Source of the DNA: Sminthopsis crassicaudata
Lineage: Eukaryota
DNA: 64,000 bases
Reading direction: 5' to 3'
Assembly (NCBI RefSeq): GCF_048593235.1
Contig: NC_133621.1
Location: 113,761,148-113,825,147 of the forward strand
In this document: piece after piece, positions 56,971 to 64,000 of the stretch
Layout: every line of letters starts with the position of its first letter
How positions within the stretch are numbered: the stretch's first letter is position 1
Position numbers and translations under genes: made by a program
The notes under the pieces: generated by a model
The model's database searches: none
What the model was told of the DNA's origin: nothing
The model's input: only the letters and a program-made list of their open reading frames with translations

Positions 56971-57177
56971 TTTATTCTCCCCAATTTAAGGTGCATATCA
57001 GATTATTTTTGGTATTCCTCATCTGACATAAATTCTATGATAGCAATAACTGAGTCTGGGAGAGAAGTCCCCTTCATTGTTTTTTCCCCCCCAGCTTTTG
57101 TCATCATTAAGACTGGCCAAGAAACTATAAATTGTTTTGCTTTAGGTAGAGGTAGAGAAGGCATAGACAAATCTAAG

Positions 57178-57375
57178 TAGGTAAGATGGCATAGTAGATG
57201 GTGTTCTACGAAGAATCAGGAAGACCTAAGTTCACACTTAGTTGACCCTGGGAAAATCACTTTATGTGTAGTTTTCTCAACGAAAGTTCTTGTATCAAAT
57301 AAGATAACATATACAAAATACTTTGCAAATCATAAAGCACTTTATTAATGATATTACTATCACCATTATTATGAC
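57178..57375 (+). mobile_element. MIR-type SINE
   Basis: gaatcaggaagacctaagttc...ctttgcaaatcataaagcact. Confidence 0.55.
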
Positions 57376-58370
57376 AAAATGTCCAAACACTTTAAATTCC
57401 CCATCACTATTGTACACTTAAGCCTCTGTGTTAAATTTATGATCTGTTTCCTGAACTAACCCATTTCCTTTCTCGAGTCAAGTAGTCTGTAATACAGGTC
57501 AATGACAATATTGATGCCTTTGATTTCCACATAAATAATTACCATCAGGCTCTCATCCTACCCTCTTCTTAGATTTCCTCAAAAGAATATATCCTCTGGG
57601 ATTAATAGGCAGGGGACCAACAGGATAGAAAACCACAAGATTTCCCCAGTCTCCATTTTCTTCCCTTTCTCCTCAAGGAATTATATACCATATATACAGC
57701 AATTACAGCAGAATCCACAGGACAAAAAATAAGAGTACTTCATATGGCAGAATTCTCATTAATTCCAAGAATGTAAATCTTTAAAGTCAAGAATGAAAAT
57801 TATCAAAGTGGTTATTCTGCACCCTTCCTCCATCAACTTTAACACGCCCAGCAAGGAATGACCGGTGGGCTTTTATCTAGAGGCCTATTTTGGGATCTAC
57901 TGTAGGTAATAAATAAAGAATGTGCCAGCAAATTACTTCACTCAGGGCTACCCTCCCTACAGTCACAATAAGAATAGATTTTGCTCAGCCCTGTGGGGAG
58001 GTGAAAGAATCCAGCCTTTGATACACAGTAGCCTCTTGGGTGTACACACAAGGCTTCTGGGACTCTATCTGGAACAGTTCCTCTATCTTTCCCCAACCTT
58101 GCAAAAAGCAGCAGATTCTGATTTAGCCCAATAAGGAAAGGAAAAACAGGAGAACAACCGGAATAGGGAGTGCTACAGCTAACCAGAAGGAAGTGAGACT
58201 GAAACCCACATGAGGCAGTCCTGTTCTCCCATCTCTCACCATCTACTACTCAAAACAGAGACTAAGCTAAATCCCTGCGATAGGAGAAGACTAAGGTAAC
58301 TTTGGTAGTCTAGCCCAGGGGTATAACCAACATCAGGAAGTCATCAGAGAGGATCCTAAAGTCTCATATG

Positions 58371-58630
58371 AGGCAGCTGGTGGCACAGAGATGGAGTCCT
58401 AGACCCAGAGTAGGAAAAACCTGGTTCAAATACTGCCTCACACTTCTTAGCCATGTGATCCTGAACAAGTCACTTAACTTCTATTTGCCTCAGTTTCTTC
58501 AACTGTAAAACTGAGATAATAGCAGCATTTATCCCATAAAGGTTATGAAAATGAGATATTTGTAAAACCATTTAGAATACTTCCTAGAATGTAACAAGCA
58601 CCATAGAAATGCTTATTCCCTTCTTTTCCC
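58371..58630 (+). mobile_element. CORE-SINE (MIR/Ther-1 type)
   Basis: ggcagctggtggcacag...caagtcacttaac...gcctcagtttcttcaactgtaaaa...aaatgcttattccc. Confidence 0.75.
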
Positions 58631-58759
58631 TCCATATACTATAAGACAGATCAAAGTAACTGATGCCTGATAAAACACAGAATTATGGAATAGCAAGAGA
58701 AAGTTGAATAGTAAAATAAAATTCCAAAATGGCTTAAAAAATGAAATCCAGAGAAGATA

Positions 58760-59512
58760 TTAAGAAAAGACATACATATCACAATGTATAGTTCTTACAT
58801 TAAAATTTTTGAAAACTCACTTTGGATATTGGAAAAAATTGAATTTCTAGAAATGTTTCTGCAAAGAAATAAAAGAAAGTTAAAGAGTTTTGGATACAAA
58901 AACACTGAAGCAAAGGAAAATCTGATGGAAAAGAACCAAAAGGCAATGGTATCAAAAGAACAAATGATCTCTATATAAAAGACAAAGCTACTGAATTCAA
59001 AACATGGTGTTCATATAGATAATTTAATGATCATAAGTTTCCCAAACAAATATGATTTTAAAACAAAACAAAATTCTGATCATAATGTGGGAAATAGTGC
59101 AACATGACAGTTCCAAACCGCTGAATATAAAAACAAAGCACCAATTGAAAAAATTCAGAGATCATTTCCAGGAAAAAAAAAAATCCCCATACTTCAAATG
59201 CCAAGTCACATTGAGTTAAATTAAGTAATTCCAGTGACAAATGAGAAATTCTACAAGCAGGAACGAGACCTTTAAATATAAAAGAAAAAAATTCAAATAA
59301 TATAAAATTATTCTGTACCTTTTGAAAACTAGCAAAGGAGATACAGAAGATTCTGAAAAGTAAAGGCTAAAGTTCCAAGCCCAAATGATATACTCTGCCA
59401 ACTTTAGCCTAATTATTTGTGAGGGGAAAAAAAAGGCAGCCAATAAAAGATGCATGAAGCATTCCTACCCCCCTCCCCAAATTTAAAAACCCCACAAACT
59501 TGCAAACATCTC
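58760..59512 (+). mobile_element. Ancient L1 ORF1 relic (likely resumes ~60107-60226 after the LTR)
   Basis: attgaaaaaattcagagatca (IEKIQR), gagaaattctacaagcag, ccaagcccaaatgatatactctgccaa resemble the ORF1p C-terminal half. Confidence 0.55.
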
Positions 59513-60100
59513 TGTAAGGATGCGGTTCCTGCAAAACAAGAGAAGGGAATAATATGGGCGGCCACAGCGCAACAGGAGATTGAATGGCCCAGAAGTAACC
59601 TATGTGGATATAGGACTTCCCTGTGGGTGGAATCCTGGCCATATTGAGATAGCTTCGTAATGGGTAACGGCTCTCTCGCTGGTTGGCTGTGTGTGTGACC
59701 TCACAGGCCCTTTATAAGCCCACTGCAGACAACAGTCGCTCTCTTTAACCTGGCTCCCTAACCTGGGGTAGCTGAGCCAAGCTGATGGATAGCCCAGAGA
59801 AGTAAGAAGTTTGGTAGTGAACATGTGTGTCTTCAGACCAGGTGTTCACTAGGGAGTTATGGGCAAGTCAGGGCATTATGCAAGTAAGTATAATAAAGGC
59901 TTTTAAGATTACATGTGGCTGTTCTTGAGTGTGCTACCGGTTATTAAACTATAGATTCAACAAATCGTGGCCAGAGACCTTTGAAGGCCTCAGAGGAGGC
60001 AAGCCGGGAAGAGTTGACACTGGAAAGGTCAGTGGTCAAAGGTACTCTGTTGGGCCTAGGACAGACTAGTAATTGTAACTGCCAGGAGGGCATATTACAC
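59513..60100 (+). mobile_element. ERV solo LTR (588 bp) with 6-bp TSD
   Basis: Inverted termini TGTAA...TTACA; TSD catctc at 59507-59512 and 60101-60106; TATA tataag 59713-59718; AATAAA 59892-59897. Confidence 0.9.
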
Positions 60101-60226
60101 ATCTCCAAACAAAATAACTATAAGAAATAAACATAATTATTAAGCAAAGAATAAGAAATAAATTACCCCTTCTTTGAAGCTTTTGTTCCTTTTAAAGGAA
60201 AGAATGATTCTCAGGGGAGAAAAAAA

Positions 60227-60399
60227 NNNNNNNNNNNNNNNNNNNNNNNNNNNNNNNNNNNNNNNNNNNNNNNNNNNNNNNNNNNNNNNNNNNNNNNNNN
60301 NNNNNNNNNNNNNNNNNNNNNNNNNNNNNNNNNNNNNNNNNNNNNNNNNNNNNNNNNNNNNNNNNNNNNNNNNNNNNNNNNNNNNNNNNNNNNNNNNNN
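60227..60399. other. Assembly gap (173 N)
   Basis: Run of n. Confidence 1.
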
Positions 60400-60607
60400 A
60401 AAACTAACAAACAAAAACAGAAGTGAATGTAGAGGAGCAGAATCTGAAGCACCATTGACTAAACCTTACTACTTCCATAATGTTTGGGGGACAAAATTGC
60501 AGAGTGTTAGAGAATATAACTGGGAAGCAAAGAGGTATAAGGTAGAGGTGATCAATAATGTATTCATATCAAGCCTATGGATGAAAAGCAAAAAGATGGT
60601 TACTTTT

Positions 60608-60812
60608 GAGGCAGCTAAGTGATACAATGGCTAGAGTGCCATCTGGAATAAGGAAGCCTCATTTTCCTAAATTCAAATTCTGTCTCAGACATTGTATGAT
60701 ACAAGGCAAAGTCACTTAACCTTGATGCCTTGAAGTAATTAACAAATCATTCCTCTATCTTTGCAAAGAAAACCCCCACATCTGATCATGAAAAGTCAGA
60801 TATAACTAAACA
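60608..60812 (+). mobile_element. MAR1-type CORE-SINE with RTE-derived tail
   Basis: ggcagctaagtgatacaatggctagagtg head; tatctttgcaaagaaaacccc...catgaaaagtcagatataact tail. Confidence 0.6.
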
Positions 60813-61309
60813 AAAATAAATTGTAGCCTCTTAGCAAGAAGAGCTAAAGGAGAATGTAGAGGTGACAGAAGGGAAGATTCTGAACCAGGAAGATGAAAAG
60901 GTGAATTTCACTTAAGATAATCCCTATCAGAAGTATATTTCTGAAATGAAAGATGGGACTCATCATGGATTTAATCTATGGGGAGATGTTGGGAGAATAT
61001 CTTTCGACAGTGTTGTGCCTTCATGCTCAATATACTGTTCCAGGAAAAAGAATGTGAAAGCTAGTAGGGACAGTAGAAAGGTGGGGGGTAGAGGTATGAT
61101 AAGGAACAAACACAGATCCAGAGATGGTAAGGCACAATGAATGAAAAAGAGAAGGAAGATGGGCTATGTTCTCAATCCAGGCTACTAGAAAGGCTGGGGC
61201 TGGTCCAACACTTGATCCTAGTTCTTAGTTGTAGGACTAAACTCATTCAGACTAGATTCATTCAGAGAGGCTAGTGTTCTATCCACTATGCCACCTAGCT
61301 GCCCCTATT

Positions 61310-62200
61310 TCTTAGTTTTTTTTATTTAATGTTTGCAAAGCTATTAGTCCTTTCAGTAAATTCTCCTTCCATCTCTCTTGTTTTGTCTCTACTTAGTTTT
61401 AAAATCAGAATTATGTTTGTTTCCTCTAAAGAATCTGGTAGAATGTCTCCTTTAGCTATTTCTAAAAACAATTTATACAGCACAGGGATTATTAATTTTT
61501 AGTATTATATAGATTTCACTTGTAAATCTACCTAGACTTGATTATTCCCATCGGGAATTCAATTTGGGCTCATTCATTTTTTTCAGAGACCAAGTTACTT
61601 AAGTTATCACATTTATTTTGTCTAGGTAGTTCATATTTTTATAGATACTCATTTTACTTGGGTTTTTAATTTTGTTGCATAAAAGTCAATATAACAGTTT
61701 TAAATAATTGTCTTTATCGACTTCACTTTTTAGGTCGGTCACCCTCTTATTTTAGATTTTGTTAATTTGTTTTTATTCTCTCTTTTGGATCAATCTAAAT
61801 AAATTTTGTTATGTTTTTAGATTTTTAAAATTCTGTTTAAGTTGTCTTTGAATTTTGAAACTATTATTTACTTTAATATTATTTTATTAGTTTTCAAATT
61901 TAAAAAATTCTATGATGAATTTATTAGTTCTCTTTTGGTAATACAAGTATTCAAAGATAAACATTTTTCTCTAAGTGTTGCTTTTGATATATCTCATAAA
62001 TATTGGAATTATTTCTCAGCACTATTCCCTTCAATTTTTTGCTGGTTTTACAATTTGATCTTTAACTATTATTTGTGATATGGTATCTCATATCTTTTGT
62101 TCAAATCTCTTTTACTTACTAAAACTTGTAGTATGTTATAATGTGATTTATTATTTAAGATTTCTGCTTTTTTTTGAGTTTTGAGTATCCTAGAATGTCC
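61310..62200 (-). mobile_element. Old L1 ORF2 relic
   Basis: T-rich; ggtagaat...ttcacttgtaaatcta.., ttttctctaagtgttgcttttgatatatctcataaat. Confidence 0.65.
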
Positions 62201-62717
62201 AAATTGCATATCTCATGGAGACCCAAGAAATATATGTGTGAATACAAATACAAATAGGCATGTATGTGTAGCTACATGTTTACATATGTAAAGTCAATCC
62301 TCAACTTTCTACTTGTCTCTCTTCTTTTGGGGGGGAAAAGGGAAAGAAATCATGATTAAGTGACATGTTCCAGATCACTTAACTAATGTAAGTGTCTGAG
62401 GCCATATTTGAACTCAGATCCTCTGGAATCCAGGCCAATGTTCTACCCATTTCACCATCTAGCTGCTCCTTTATTTAAAAAAAAAAAAAAAAAGCCTGAC
62501 ATATACAGAATTTCATACCCAAACCCCTTTCCCCTCTTTAGCAAAGATTCAAAGAGAGGTGTTTTCACATATCTTCTTTTTGAAGTCAAGCTTTGCATTA
62601 CAATTTCACAGCATTTAGCTCCATTATTTTGTTGTAATTTCTATTTATGTTGTCTGTAGTCATTGTTTATTCTTGCTTGCCTTACTTTGTATTAGTTCAC
62701 ATACATCTTCATTTTGT

Positions 62718-62892
62718 AGGTGGCTCATGGACAAGCATGCTGAGCTTGGAGTCAAGAAGACCTGAATTCAAATCCTACTTCACATAGTTTTGTGACTACA
62801 AAAACTACAACCTCTTTAAACCTCAGTTTCTTCATCTATATGATGGACTTGATAGCCTCTAAGGTAACTTATGGTTCTAAAATTATGATCTT
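62718..62892 (+). mobile_element. MIR3-type CORE-SINE
   Basis: ttggagtcaagaagacctgaattcaaatcc...cctcagtttcttcatcta...gatagcctctaagg. Confidence 0.7.
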
Positions 62893-62904
62893 TTTATCTT
62901 GCTG

Positions 62905-63060
62905 TGTATCTCAGTTTCATTCCATTCATTTATCACCATTTCACAATCAATAGGACATTTAGTTTCCAACATTTTGTATGCTACAAAAAGTTCTGTTGTG
63001 AATATTTTGGCATAAATGGCACCTTTCTTTTTGTCAATGACTTCCTTGACATATACACTT

Positions 63061-63119
<59 letters not shown>

Positions 63120-63550
63120 CTAGCAATGGAATCTCTCACTCAAAGGGTATGATTTGAACAATCAAGTCACTTTCTTTGTCTAATTCCAAATTTTCAGCAC
63201 CACTTGATCAATTCACAGCACCAACAATGAATTAGGGTGCATGTCTTTTTGTCCCAGACAATACTATTTTCATTTTTTGTCATTCTTGCCAATTTGCTGA
63301 GTATGAAGTAAAAGGATAGCGCTGTTTTGATGTTTCCCTTATTATTGGCAATTTTGAATATTCTTTTATATGCTTGTTATTACTTTGCAATTCTTTTTTG
63401 AAAACCATTTATTCATGTCCTTTGACTACTTTTCTATTATAGAATAACTTCTGTCTTATATACTGCTATTACATAACTGACTAACTCTTGAGATATTTGA
63501 TACAAAATTTTTCCTCAAAGTCAACCCTCTATTGATACACAAAAGATTTT
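62905..63550 (-). mobile_element. Old L1 ORF2 3' relic
   Basis: ctcctagcaatggaatc..ctcaaagggtatg; gtcattcttgccaatttgctgagtatgaagt. Confidence 0.7.
63064..63117 (+). repeat. (AC)27 microsatellite
   Basis: Perfect dinucleotide run inside the L1 relic. Confidence 0.95.
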
Positions 63551-64000
63551 ATTTTAGCCCTTGGCTTTGGATTGGTATGGATCTTAATGCTTTAGAACAG
63601 CCATTATTTCAAAGACTAGGCATCAGCCTTCTGTGCCACAGGACTACTATATTACTAAACCACACCAAAGTTGTAGGAAATAAACTGAACTCATAGGTTC
63701 AAGAATATACATTGCATCATATGCCAGAAAGGAAGGGAAATGTTATAGAACTAATTTCATAAATAAAGACAAAGAAATTGAAGCTATAGCTAAAATTCAA
63801 AAAGTTAGGGTTAATTTATTGAAAATGAATGCTTTAAGGAAAACTAATTAGCTTAGAAGGGTCCAATGAACTATTTTTTTCTGAAAATTTATAGGAGACT
63901 GATGAGATCTCAGATGGCTGATAAAATTATCTATTATCTGGTTTGATTTAGTTTTGTTTTGTTTTTCTTAAGGGCAATGAAGTGATATCTACTCCACTTT

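Noticed and set aside
60174-60455. ORFs containing poly-X
   Set aside because: Artefacts of the N gap

Overview
Mammalian genomic DNA with marsupial repeat content (WSINE1-like SINEs suggest a dasyurid). It carries most of AHCYL2 (Long-IRBIT, adenosylhomocysteinase-like 2) on the minus strand. I traced 16 shared coding exons (numbered 2-17 by the human structure; 1473 nt = 490 aa + stop, all GT-AG with consistent phases) and a ~3.1 kb 3' UTR. Two alternative first coding exons lie in intron 1 (MEKWDG..., 51877-51936; MLGSKKK..., 43404-43460). The long canonical exon 1 is not in the window. The rest is intronic or intergenic: L1, L2, CR1, CORE-SINEs, hAT-type MITEs, two solo LTRs with 6-bp TSDs and one 173-N assembly gap. 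I found no clearly new biological system. The best leads are isoform switches at both ends of the protein (alternative N-termini plus a NAGNAG acceptor at the PP1-docking motif; a last intron whose retention deletes only the terminal Tyr), a triple-nested transposon with both TSDs readable, and young LTRs upstream of an internal promoter. Repeat family names come from recalled consensus sequences and most repeat boundaries are approximate.
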